Assembly (NCBI GenBank): GCA_047495785.1
Contig: JBLDXI010000024.1
Location: 1,302,001 to 1,366,000, forward strand
Reading direction: 5' to 3'
Length of the DNA stretch: 64,000 nucleotides
DNA from: Lepidodermella squamata
Lineage: Eukaryota > Animalia > Gastrotricha
The first letter of the stretch is position 1, and each line of letters opens with the position of its first letter. The notes under the pieces are model-generated. The model did not search any database. It had not been told where the DNA came from and worked only from the letters and a program-made list of their open reading frames with translations. A program made the translations under genes and the position numbers. Shown here piece after piece: positions 36,710 through 48,941 of this stretch.

Positions 36710-37045
36710 ATGAATCAATTCGCGTATCCTTCCAAGGCTATTCTTATTCACCTTGTCGCGTCCAGAAACAAAAACTGGGGTATGATGAATCAGGGGATGC
36801 TGCCGGAGATCATTCATCAACAAATGGCGACGCCGAAACCTGTTCGCCCCACATGGGACATCGACCCTTATCTCTGGAAAAGCCCCATTGGTGAAGAAAT
36901 TGTTGTTCGAAACTCCTCAACAGGATTCATTGTTTGGCAGCTTTTCTCGCCAAAATCGCTGGCTGATTTGACGCCAATAAATTCACCAAATTCCGAAAAT
37001 GATCTGAAAGTTTTCGAATCTAAAATAGACGAAGGTCACCAATAA
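36710..37045 (+). CDS. Possible small hypothetical protein
   Basis: 111 aa ATG ORF with coding-like composition; no recognisable family. Confidence 0.3.
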   Translation: MNQFAYPSKAILIHLVASRNKNWGMMNQGMLPEIIHQQMATPKPVRPTWDIDPYLWKSPIGEEIVVRNSSTGFIVWQLFSPKSLADLTPINSPNSENDLKVFESKIDEGHQ

Positions 37046-37256
37046 TTCAAAGCTAAACCGGAGGAGAAGTTCTGATTTTTAGGATTTGACCATGATGCCT
37101 CGGCCCCAAATGTGGCGTGCTACGAAACAATAATTTTACATTTTTCAAGCGTATAGTAAAACGAAATCAATGTATTTTTATTATTATTCAAAATTAATGG
37201 TATTTTTGTCGTTTCACCGGTTTTCTCAAAGATCCGGATGAAAGCTGATTGTTTGT

Positions 37257-37717
37257 CTAATATCGATACAGGCCATTGGTAGCCGCCGCGCCCTTGGCGC
37301 CCAAATAGTTGGGCGCAATCACGGACATTCGCGGCTGTTGGAACATGCCCTGAACGCCGGAGATAACAGGCTTGATGCCTTCGAAATCGTTAGGATTTTT
37401 CGCGAATAGGTGCTGATTAGGCGGCAACATTTGCTGCCGTTCCGACGAAAACGATCCGACTGAAGATCGCCCGCCAACGCCGGTTTGTTGCTGGCGAATA
37501 TCCATGTCGTCTTTCTCGGACGGGCTAACAGCCGATTTGTTCGCAGAAGCTCGTCTGAAATTAGGATTCGCTATAAATTTGCTATAGTGGGAATGATTAC
37601 ATACCTCATAGCCATGACAATGTTGACCATTATGGCTACTACGAGGAAAAAAATCGCTGCCATAATCGGGCAGACGATTGATAGGACCACAACATTAGTC
37701 GAGCTAGTTTCAGCCAT
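37257..37717 (-). CDS. Small single-pass membrane protein 1 (2 exons)
   Basis: MAETSSTNVVVLSIVCPIMAAIFFLVVAIMVNIVMAMR|RASANK...NGLYRY*; phase-2 intron 37604-37555. Confidence 0.72.
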
Positions 37718-38115
37718 GATTGCACTGTTTGACTTTGAAAAAAACTTGGTTTGCCTGCAGGTGGGAAAACCTCCTTGGTGTGCACTATACCAAATGCGAC
37801 CGCCTACAGGGAAATGCGACCAGGGAAACAAAAAATAAAAAAAGCTTTCAAGGTCTATTGATTTTTCACAATTGCTAGTCATAACATGCTCGACACTGCT
37901 CAATAATTTAGATCCCTTTCAATGACGTCCTGACTGGAGGCGGAAATCCTTGGAAAACATGAAGAAACAGAAAAACAAGATCTGGAGAATTTCCATCGCC
38001 TCGTCCTTATTTATTTTCGCAATTTTCAATTTTTAAATATAAGGGGTAAAGTTAAACTGTCGAGGATTCAGTTGAATATTCGCTATTTTTGCGGCGAAAT
38101 TTCAATCATCTTGAT

Positions 38116-38492
38116 TCAGTGGCGACTTTGGCCGAGCTCTTTAGCTTCGTCGTCGTCACTTTTGCGGCGATTAACGGCTTTGTCGAAATTTTGATCCTTG
38201 TACAGGTGAGCATTTTTATGCTGATCGAGCGAAGCCGAAGATCGAACTCGTTTGTAGTCGCCACAGCCGATTTGCTCACGGCGCTCGTCGGCCGAATTCG
38301 GTCGCACTTTTGACGGCGATTTCCTACAAAATTCAGGAATAATTAGAAAAAAAGATTCCCAATAACAAATTTCAATTCAAACCAAATCAGGAGAATAATC
38401 TTGATGACTACAATGAGGACTAGAAGCAGAATGGCCGCAATCACCGGGCTGACAACCGCGAGAACAAACGGGTTAGAAGAGCTATTTGCCAT
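38116..38492 (-). CDS. Small single-pass membrane protein 2 (2 exons)
   Basis: MANSSSNPFVLAVVSPVIAAILLLVLIVVIKIILLIW|KSPSKVRPNSADERREQIGCGDYKRVRS...SRH*. Confidence 0.72.
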
Positions 38493-39100
38493 ATTTTTGT
38501 TGGCTTTTGTTACCACAAGTATTACCTGCTAATGAAAAATCGTGATGATAGAATTTTTTGAAATCTTTCGTGGGCTTGGAATCAATCAATAATTCAGCTT
38601 TTAATTCATTAATTATTCAATTTTCTTCGATTTTTTTCGATTTTTTTCACGGAGCGACCGAAGTTCAGCACACCCTGAAACTTGATAATCATGAAATCTA
38701 AAATGAAATTTTCAAAGCAAGGAAAAGAAATTCAAAGGCGGGAGTTCAAGTGGAAAAAACTCATAGTTTGAAGGGAGAAGATAGGTAGCGACTCAGCATT
38801 CAGCTATCAGCTTCGTCGATGTGCATACGAAATGGCCAATGTCCAGCTGCGAAAATGTTCTGCTCAACATAAACTTTTCCAAGCTTGGCCTTGAATCCAG
38901 TGTCAATCGATAGACAGAGTTTGATATTTTTGATTAATTTTTGGTATCCATAGAAGCAAGAAAAAAATAAAAACGGGTGCAATCTTTCATACAACATCTA
39001 TTTTTAATAATTTTTAATAAATTTAATAAATCATTACGGAAATACCAGATGACTATTTCTCGGTTTATATAAGAAAAACGGGGTTCCGATAACTTAGTTA

Positions 39101-39579
39101 CAGTGAAACCCCGATTTGGCGTCCTTTTATTTTCCGTTGTAACGGTGACAGGTACTCGCGATCACGGGATCATGACCGACGACCCGACTTGTATTTAGGC
39201 AAAAACAGTTCCCGACAAACTAAGAAACTAGGCGGTTTTATTATTGCTAAGGCTAGGCTAATTCATGATATCCAAAACGGAAGATGATAAGTTCATGTAA
39301 AATTGGGCTTTTTATAGCCAGTTTGTGAAACAGGTGGAGCGCGCGCTGCCAAGCAGCACGCGCCGAACATATGTTGCTAGAAATAGTAAACAGGGCGGTG
39401 GCGTCACCGCCACATCCGTCTACGGGAAATCCGGGTATGCAAAAGATAAGGGGATGAAAAATCTTCATTTTTCCCCGCAGCATAGCATTGCATGTAAATT
39501 GACCCGGATTATCCGTCTTTTCGGATTTCCCGCCCGATTTTTTGGCCGGCCCGTAGATGGCCAAATCGGGGTTTCACTG
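39101..39579. mobile_element. Tc1/pogo-type MITE, TA TSD
   Basis: Perfect 20 bp TIR cagtgaaaccccgatttggc / gccaaatcggggtttcactg with TA on both sides. Confidence 0.9.
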
Positions 39580-39651
39580 TAATTTTTTACCTTGAAAATG
39601 GTTATTAGTGAAGTGCAAGAGTCCTAAAATTAGTAAAAACCCCAAGCTCGA

Positions 39652-39749
39652 CCTAGCCCTAACCTTAACCTTGATCTCTAATCAAACCCTAACCTTAACC
39701 TGAAACTGAACCCTGAAACCTAACCCTAACCCCTAACCTCTGATAACCT
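39652..39749. repeat. Degenerate telomere-like (CCCTAA/CCTTAA)n tract
   Basis: ccctaaccttaacc...accctaaccttaacc...cctaaccctaacccctaacc. Confidence 0.7.
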
Positions 39750-39960
39750 CAATTCCCAACCATCGTTTTGCTAAAAAACCAAAATTCAATAAAAAAATAT
39801 GTACGATAGAACACTTCGAATTAAGTTTTTATGTTCACATTTTTAAATAATTCAGCTATCGTTTCCATAGCAGTCTGTCGGGTTCCATAATAGGTCGACG
39901 AAACTTTTGTTTCTTTCCAAGTTCATCTCATTTTATTTTGAAGAGTAAATGCTGGGTTGA

Positions 39961-40485
39961 TCAGTAGACAAAGTTTATGTGACGTTTTGTAAGTTTTTCG
40001 CAAAATTTGTTCATGTCTTGCGTGGCCGTGGCATTGCTATTTCGCAGTACGGAACTCATAGTCTCACTCGCCTTCCCACCGATCGGTTTATTTGCCTCCG
40101 GTTTCTTGTAGATGGCTCCGCTTCGAAGGTCCTCAAGCTCATGCGATTGTTGAACTTGTTGAGGCGTCGGGGTCACGAATCGAACCAAATTATCGGCTGG
40201 TGGTGGCGGCCTTGGGACGAATCCGATGGGCTGCAAAGGCTCGGGCTTGTCGACAGATCGCACCTGGGAGAGCTGAATTTTCGTTGAGGATTTTCGGCTG
40301 TTCTCGTCTTCGACCACCCGAGGACGGCGCCTATAAGGAAAAAAGCCGTTATGAGGTTGATTAATTATGAAAAATCCGAACCTTAAAACCATGATAACTT
40401 TCACGATAATCACGACGACCACCGTCAACAAGGCGACGACGACAACGCATATTGCCCCTATAGCTCCCGGTGCCCAATCAGACAT
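39961..40485 (-). CDS. Small single-pass membrane protein 3
   Basis: MSDWAPGAIGAICVVVVALLTVVVVIIVKVIMVLR|RRPRVVEDENSRK...PRPPPP...; in-frame intron directly after the TM. Confidence 0.72.
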   Translation of the reverse strand: MSDWAPGAIGAICVVVVALLTVVVVIIVKVIMVLRFGFFIINQPHNGFFPYRRRPRVVEDENSRKSSTKIQLSQVRSVDKPEPLQPIGFVPRPPPPADNLVRFVTPTPQQVQQSHELEDLRSGAIYKKPEANKPIGGKASETMSSVLRNSNATATQDMNKFCEKLTKRHINFVY

Positions 40486-40914
40486 GCTAGTTTTATCGTT
40501 TAATAGTCTCTCCTTCAAAGGTTTTGATGAAAAAATCAAAATCGGTGCCTGAAATTTTGCGAAAAGTTACGCTAAATAATTTAACATGCTCAGTTTTTAG
40601 CGCTCTGGGCTGTCATCCAGCCGTTGTTGAGTATGATGACAAGGACATTTTTCTGCGACAAATCAGCGGCACAGCTCAGCTTATGACGTAGATTGAAGCT
40701 TTATATTGAAAACATATCTATAGAATTTAGAATTAAGGTTGCGTGGCTAAGTTCGATCCTCAGCCAAATGTATCCTGATTAGTTTCCGGCAAGAAATATT
40801 CTGCGGAAAATCAAGAAATCAAACAACCTAAATTTGAGGCTATAGTTTCCCGAATTAGGATTTTCGCAATCCCGCCCAGCCGATATAGGTCTACTGCTTA
40901 ATATCACTTTTACA

Positions 40915-41050
40915 GAGCTGATATCGATTCCAAGATTCAAAAAATCACTGATTTTTCCCATATCAGGAGCCTTGGAAGCCAGGCATTGATAGCATTCCTA
41001 TCCAGCTAACGGTACAAAGTTGCAAAGATAAAAATCCCGGGATCAAAGGA
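40915..41050 (+). repeat. Dispersed repeat family, copy 3 of 3
   Basis: gatatcgattcc...aatcactgatttttccc.tatc...cagctaacggtac..agttgc matches 1075-1210. Confidence 0.55.
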
Positions 41051-41324
41051 ATGATTCGAAATCGGAAAAATCGACGAGATGCGTATAGGACCAATTATTC
41101 ATAGGAACAAATATTCAGAAGCCATCGAATCCCTGTTTCCTTAAATTTACGTTCGAAACGGCGCAAAAGACTGCCTTTTTGCACTAAAATTCACCCATTT
41201 TTTGATCTTTTAATATCGAATATAACAATAACAACTATGTCAGCGAACAAGTTCACCGTTACATGCCACTGATTTATACAAGAACACCTATGAAAGTCCT
41301 TATATCGCGAATTCTGCCTTGATT

Positions 41325-41730
41325 TCAGTTGTAAACATCGTGCGACTCTGTGCTGTAAGTCTTCCGAAGCACATCGGCATTCATGGATCGGTCGCTTCCG
41401 GAACCGCTGCCGTGGCCCATCTTAGCGTATGTGACGTCACGAGGGTACCGGCCACTCTTCGTCATTTCGCCTTTGAGAACACCCGAGGCGATCCGTTTGC
41501 CATCGCCTACTGCCATTTGCTCGCGGCGGTCCATAGGGCTAACTTTCGACGGCGAACCAGCCATTTCCCTGGAAAAAAAACCGAAATTGAGTGATATAAT
41601 AAAAATACTGGCTATATTGGTCATACTTGAAGGCAAATGCAACTTTGACAGCTATGAGTATCATAGCCGCGAAGACCGCAATCATCAATACGGCAATAAC
41701 GGCCACAATCGCAGCGGAAAAATCACCCAT
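41325..41730 (-). CDS. Small single-pass membrane protein 4 (2 exons)
   Basis: MGDFSAAIVAVIAVLMIAVFAAMILIAVKVAFAFK|EMAGSPSKVSPMDRREQMAVGDGKRIAS...VTYAKM...DVYN*. Confidence 0.72.
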
Positions 41731-41972
41731 TTTTTTCGACAATTTCTAAAAAAAATACAAGAAATAAATATTGCGAGTACGAAAACCTTATTATTGTGGG
41801 TGTTGAATCATTTATTAACTAGCCAGTTACGAGCTAAAACGCTTCCTACGTTACCTTTTAGACATCGAGGCATTCGAACTTTTAGTTGCCAGGCAGCAAG
41901 ATCAAAACAGTCAGATTTTTTAGATTTTAATATTTAAAAAAATTGAACTTGATAAAAGACGAAGAAAAGGAG

Positions 41973-42505
41973 TCAAAAATGGGTGTTGTTTGAAAACATC
42001 ATATTTCCAGGCATTGGCTGGGCGAAAGCTTTCTTGCCGAATTGTTGGGCCGGCGAGGCAAATCCTGGGAATCCTTTCCCACCACCCATCTGCAGCAGGT
42101 TCACGCCCTGGCCCGATGGCATTGAAGCTGAACAGCGAGTTTTGCCAACAAATTCCCAGGCCGCATTAGCGCCTTGGTTGAAGTTATTTTTCGCTGGAAC
42201 ATTGTACAGCGTTGGGTTCATTATCGGGCTTTGATTGTTCGAATTTTTCGGAATATCGAGGTGGAAATCGCTTTCCTTGCCGGGATTTTTGTCAGATTTA
42301 TCTTTTTCATCTTTCGCCTCTTCCTCAGCAATTTTGCCACGTTGATCCCTGAGAACAAAATTGTTTACAATAAGAAATAAATTGATGTAATTAACCCTCA
42401 CCTCCATGTTGTAATAGCTTTGTAGATGATGAAAACGAACATGAAGAAACATACTGCTATCAACGTTCCAATGACAATTGTAACTGCCAACGAGATGTCG
42501 CTCAT
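41973..42505 (-). CDS. Small single-pass membrane protein 5 (2 exons)
   Basis: MSDISLAVTIVIGTLIAVCFFMFVFIIYKAITTWR|DQRGKIAEEE...NNTHF*; donor gtgagg, acceptor ctcag. Confidence 0.72.
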
Positions 42506-42750
42506 TTTTCACGAATTTCGGCTAAAAAAATCTCAACCTATGCGAGTTGCGAAACCCCTTGAAAAAAACTTATCGATTTGCGAATAAAAAATTCATCAAT
42601 ATTTTTCATTTCCTCAACGACGTTACTAAATTATTAAAATTTGCTCTTTAATCTTGGTCCATTTATTTTTTACAAAAAAAACAAATACGAAAATGAAATT
42701 GAGATAAAATTAAGAAAAGTCAGAAATTCCCGCCGTTTTTCCAGCTGATT

Positions 42751-43125
42751 TCAGCGTTCAGCGCTAGTAGCAGCAAAATGGGCATCATCGCCTGGGTAGC
42801 TTGTTTTTCGATAGCTGTCTTTGACCAGCGACATGACAGACTCGCGTCGGTGAACACCTTTAGTAGGCGTGTTGGGCGCGTAAATTCTTGCAATGGTCTG
42901 GCGCCGTAAATCGCCGACTGCATACTGCTCTTCGCGAGAGTCGCCAGATTCGCCAGATATAGCCGAACTGCACTTATTTTTCGAGGCACTTGCCGGGAAA
43001 ACCTTCGCCTTGGAGTATTTTCGAATAACTCGGACGATTTCCACGAGAATTACCGCCATACCGATGAGTACGGCTGCCATGATGACACATAGGACTGAGA
43101 TAATAATCACTGACCAATCGACCAT
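42751..43125 (-). CDS. Small single-pass membrane protein 6 (single exon)
   Basis: MVDWSVIIISVLCVIMAAVLIGMAVILVEIVRVIRK...SREEQYAVGDLRRQTI...*. Confidence 0.72.
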   Translation of the reverse strand: MVDWSVIIISVLCVIMAAVLIGMAVILVEIVRVIRKYSKAKVFPASASKNKCSSAISGESGDSREEQYAVGDLRRQTIARIYAPNTPTKGVHRRESVMSLVKDSYRKTSYPGDDAHFAATSAER

Positions 43126-44016
43126 TTTTATTATTAGGCTCTTTTTGAGAGTTTAGTCAGAAAAAAATGAAGCTAAATACCCCACGCCAAAAAGTAAATC
43201 AGCATCTGGAACGACACCAATGATCGTTCAATGACATCATCACCGCGCTCGCCAGAAACGCCTACTTGGATCGCTAATAGCTTGAGAGTTCAGGTGAGTC
43301 ATCTAAAAGTGCACTAAATCAAAATCACGGAAAATCACGGAAAATGTTGAATTTAGACAAAAAATGATTTAAACACATTAGTCAGCTGATGAGCGTCTGA
43401 AATGTCCCAAATTAATTCTCAGTTTGTTCTCATAATGTCCCAAATTTCACATATAGTGCTAATTAAAGGCAAACATTCCGCCGTTTGATTATTTTCTTGC
43501 GATGCTACTATTGTGTATGTTTTGCGCGCAACTGCGCTAAAGAGACAATTTGCGCGCACTTTTATATTAGGGCCGCCTTAATAATTTTATTGGGCCCGCA
43601 AATTGAGCGCGGCGCAAAAATAGTAATGCACAATAATACGATGAAAAATCGATAGAAATTAGCTTTATATTAACGCTAAAATAGCCGGTTGCGGTGTCCC
43701 TATTGGCATGAACAATATATACAGCGAGTGAAACTGTGTTGCCGCCGGCCGCAGCACATCAGAGATGAGCCAAATGACGATGCGAAGAAGAACGGGAAGG
43801 AAGTGAACTATATACGAAAACGACACAAAATTATATTGCTGGCGCGCTTAACTATACATGAATTTTGCATCGTTAAAACATCCGAGTGGACCGTATAATT
43901 GACTATAACCGCATTTTTTCCCACGCGGATGTGCTCGCAAATTTTATTAAATTTTTGGCGGCGGGTACTTGGAGACGATGCGATTATTAACCTGCTGCTG
44001 TTAGTCGAAATTTAAC

Positions 44017-45285
44017 ATGGCGATATTTCGGGGCGAGAAGAAGTGCTTCTTAGCTATTGTTTGCTGCTCAATTATTGCTCTTCTAGTCAGCATATCGAAC
44101 TTGATCCAGAATCGTGGATCCTACCTCCACCAAAATGGAGACCAACCAGCGAGAAACGAAACGAAATTTCAGCCATTGACGAGCAGCATAGCACCTGTAT
44201 TAGCGCAGCAAGAATTCGAGAAAAATTTGACCTTGGAAAGAATTTTCGAAAATCGCAGGCTCCAGGTCAAAAAAGTTTGCGCTCACCACTTTGGAATTGT
44301 CAACCGTGACCGGATTCTTCCGATGTTCGAGTACCAACGAGGCGATCCTTATCATTTCATTCTGCTGGACGAGAGGCATAAAATTATGTATTGCGCGTGA
44401 GTTTAATTTTTTCGAATTTTAAATTTAAATTTTCAAATTTTTTTCAGAATTCCAAAGGTCGCATCAACGACTTGGCGCCAATTTTTCGTTCAACTTGGAA
44501 CCGGATCCACTGAAATTGGGGTTAATATCGAGCATTGGAACTCGACCTCGCCTTACTTGAAGCCTCTATCTGCCTATACGTCCGATGGGTTCTATCGTCT
44601 TCTCGGCCGGTTGAACTCCTACAAGCGAATTCTCTGGGTTCGGGACCCTCTTCAACGCCTTCTGTCAGCCTGGCGAAGCAAATTTCAAGAGAAAAATGAC
44701 TATTACTGGAAGGTATTAAGATTTCACCAGCTTAATGAATCCAGCTTATTTTCTCGTTTTTTTCGACAGAATTTTGGTCGCCAAATTCTGAAGCGCTTTC
44801 ACAAAAGACTGCTTAACGACGAAGTCATGCAAGCTGGAGGGCCAATTCCCCTGATCGATTTTTTCAGATTCCTAGGAGATGCTAGCACAATCAACGACGT
44901 CCATTGGGAAAAATATTACAAGTAAAATTAAAATTGATAAAATTAAAAATTAATTATTTCAATTGTTCCTTTAGGTTGTGCCTTCCTTGCCATATGAATT
45001 ACGATTACATAGGTAGGCTGGATTTTACCTGTTTTTAATTGCTTCTAATAATGCGATTTAGGTCATTTAGAAGGCGGGGAAGAGGAAGCAAATTATGTTA
45101 TACGGCAAATAACGAAGCAAGAAACAATTTTAATCCCGCGAAAGCCAGACAAGGCCGGATCTCAGGATGCGCTGCGTAAAAGGGCTGCTTCTCAACTTCA
45201 GGATATTCCGAGGCCTCTGTTGAAACTTGTTCTTGATAGATACATCGTCGACTACGCCATGTTCGGCTACCAAACACCGCGATGA
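44017..45285 (+). CDS. Carbohydrate sulfotransferase, tandem copy 1 (5 exons)
   Basis: TM anchor; YCA|IPKVASTTWR; WVRDPLQRLLSAW; DVHW; CLPC.MNYDYIG|HLE; DYAMFGY. Confidence 0.9.
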
Positions 45286-46105
45286 TTTGATAATTTGATA
45301 ATTTATTAGTATGAAATAAAACTGCTGAGATATCGCGGATACAACAATTTTGAACATTTTGGGTTAACCGGTGAATATTTTAAATCGCCAAAAATCAGGT
45401 ATAATTTGTAATATCGCCAAAATGTGCAGACATATCGGAGATCATCCTAATTTCTCGCCTAAAATATATCCGAAAATCTCAAAAGTAACACTGATTTTTT
45501 GAACAGAAGATCATTTAGCGGAACAAAATCTGCATGTTGCGGAACCTAATTTTAAATCTGTTCTCGATTTTTTTTACGAAATTAAAGCAATATGAATTCT
45601 ATAGGGAAGAATCTGCCTGATGCAAAATTGTACGCTGAATTTAAAAATGATTTATTTTAAATAATTATTTGCCGATCAATCATGGCATCATTGATAGGTT
45701 TGAAAAGGTTATTAACAACTCCAATTTGGCGCCGCTAACAGGCAAATTAGGTTCCGCCAAAAGGAAGACCCCTTTTTGAACATTGAAAACATGTTTTTTG
45801 TCCAAAGTGACCCCGCAGAAATTTTTCGATGGCTATAACAATAGACATGACCCAATAGCACTTGTAAGGCTTGTACGTTTGAATACCACGTGGCGATTCT
45901 GGCCGGAGCGCATTATTAATTAAATACTCATTGTCTCGGTAGGCGAGTGTTTAAGCGATTTAAATATCGGAATTCGATTCGTCTCTTAGACAAAATTCAA
46001 ATATTAGACGCTAAGATTTCCTTTTCTAATAAATAATGAATGGGAGAAATACCGCGCTTATTGTTTATTTTTTGAGGATGAGCAGTTTTTTTTGGCAAAA
46101 TTACA

Positions 46106-47367
46106 ATGTCGCGATTAAGTACAGAGAGACGGTGCTTCTGCTTCGTGGCAGTCGCGACAACAGTCATAACTTTCATGACAGCCATTACCTTCATGCCAAA
46201 CCATTACCACTTGGTAAAATCAGTCTATGTCGAAGAAATATGGCTGCAAGAAGATGCCGAAAAGTCGACGACTCAATCGCGATCTAGGAATGAGGAAGGC
46301 GATGATTTGTTTTCAAATCCTGCAATGGAAGCGTTGTTCAAAAAGCGCCGAGATTCATTGATCACGAAATGCGCTGGAACCTTTGGCCTCAAGCCAAATG
46401 ACAATGGTATGGAGATCATTACGTACCGGTATACGAGTGCCTTTAGACACATTCTGGTCGATGAAAGGCACAAAATACTATATTGCGCGTAATTTATTTC
46501 ATATTTTTGATGAATTTTAATTCATTTTTTTATTTAGGATACCGAAGATAGCGACGACGACGTGGCGGTTGTTTTTCGTCCAGCTTGGCGAGAATAAAAC
46601 TGAAATAGATTTTGATATCGAGCCATGGAACGCAACTTGGCCTCACTTGAGGCCGCTGAGCTCTTTTAACCTCGAAAAATTCCAAGTTATTTGGAATGAA
46701 TTGAAGAAATATCGGAAAATCATTTGGGTGCGAAATCCTCTCCAGCGATTGATATCGGCCTGGCGCAGTAAATTCGTCGAGTACAATCATTATTATTGGG
46801 ATGTGAGCATTTATATAAGTTATTAATTTATCTTTAATTTATCTTTAATTTATCTTTAATGACCTGAAACAGATAATGGGACGCGGTATATTGGAGAGAT
46901 ATCACGCGAATGATACGAATTACGCCAAGGTAACAGAACAAGGTGGGCCTTTACCAATTCGCGATTTTTTCCGGTATTTGGGCGAACAGCAGCACATTTA
47001 CGACGTTCATTGGTCAAATTATCACAAGTAAAAAAAAACAAAAAAATAATGAAATTTTATTGAATTTTTATTGAGCAGATTATGTCTTCCATGCAACATT
47101 CGTTACGATTACATCGGACATTTGGAAAGCGGCAAAGTAGAGGCCGATTATGTTATCAAGAAACTGACTCGGCAAGACAGAATATTGATTCCGAGATCGG
47201 ATTCCGAAGGCAGTCGTTACAAAACGAGAACCGCAGCTGAAATTAGAGTTCTTAGTGATGACATCATTTTTCCGGCGCTTAAATCGTACGCCATAGACTA
47301 TAACTTATTTGGCTACGATTATCCGAAAGGATTTTTGGCATATTTGGATGAGAAGAATAAAGCGTGA
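46106..47367 (+). CDS. Carbohydrate sulfotransferase, tandem copy 2 (4 exons)
   Basis: IPKIATTTWR; WVRNPLQRLISAW; CLPCNIRYDYIGHLE; DYNLFGY. Confidence 0.9.
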
Positions 47368-48941
47368 TTCACTTATGGAAAATAAGGCGGTTTAGGTTCA
47401 AAATTCAAATTTTTTAATTCCCGGCCTCGCTTCGACGAACCAATCTCGACACCTTGCGCTAGTTTATACCAATGCCGAACCATTAGGCCCAGCGTCTTAC
47501 CTCGGTTTTCTTCTTATGGCCAAACACTTGAGGAAGCATTTACCGCTGAGTGTTTGTTCCCGAGGCCTGATTCGCTGCTTTAGCGCGTTGTTCAGATGCT
47601 GTACCTTTTCAAGCGCAAGCAAAGCTGCTCTTGTGGCTACTTGTGGCCCAAATTTCTCACAGCATTTTCTTACGTTCTACGCCTGGTTATTTTCTTCTTT
47701 CTTCTGATTTATTTCGATTTTTCACTGGCGATCATTTCCCCCTCTATACCCTTTTATTATATAAATCCCTTTCCACGAGTTAGGTCATCGCGTTTACAGA
47801 GCCAGAGTTGACCTGGGTCAGGCCGGGCCGTATTTAGTCGATGTCTTCTCGTTCATTTAGAGGCAAGAGTAGTCAATGAATTAGGCGGTCGCATTCATTG
47901 GGCATTGAATTCACATCTAATTTACTGCCGTCAGAAAGTTGACAAGGCATCAATGATCCACTGGAAAGCCAGCCATAAAAATAGGTCACAAAAAGCCATG
48001 AAAATGTGGGGCAGCGCGGTCACCTTTATCGAAACTGAGAAAATCGCAAAATAGAGCTCACTAAAATTACCCGGCCAGGAAGAAAAAATGCTCTTCACAT
48101 GCTGAAAAATCGACCGTTAACAAGTGAAAAGTGGGGCGTGGTGAATGTGTCCGATTTTACAGGCCTCGGTGATGCGGTAATGCGCCATGGTGAGGAAAGT
48201 ACGGCGAAACTTGTTGATAAGTGACTGCAGATCCCTAAAATTCACTAGGCAGCAGCCGTGTTGTTCATTTATGCGGTGCATTGATCGGTATTTCTACTTA
48301 TGATTTGATTACCCTCATCGATCCGGAGTATTGCGGCCTAAAACTCTGAAAAGTATAGAAACCTTGCCGTGTCGCCACCTATCAAATCGTGAACTCTGAT
48401 AAGGGAATAAGAAGTGGTTGTAATATGCTGCCATCAACCCTGAGCACAAGATATCCATAAAATAGAAGGAAAACCAGTGTAATGGAACGAAATCGACTCG
48501 CGGGGATGCCAATCATCGACCTCACGGACTTGCACGAGGGATGGGCGTGCAATAAAGCAATCAATTATTATTGGGCTACTGTTATTACCTGTGCGATGAG
48601 TGCTGATTGCTACTATTCGTAAATGCGCGCTGGGTCTTCACATGCATGAATTCACGATTTATCATGAGCAATAGTACCCTAGCTTTTGACTTTCGCACGG
48701 GGATTTCATTTTTTTGCTCAATCTAACAACAACGCGCATTTTCTCAACGCCTCGTTTTTGCATTCCGCTTATATAACTTAGAAAGCTCTCATCAATTATT
48801 CACTGGAAAGCGGTGAAAGAAAAAACTATCGATGTGTTTGATTTGTGTGCTTATTATTAGGTATGTAGTAGTAGAGTCTCTTGTAAGCTTCAGTACGAAA
48901 GTGGGCTGGAATGCTCATAATTGGCAGCACGGCGAGGCATA

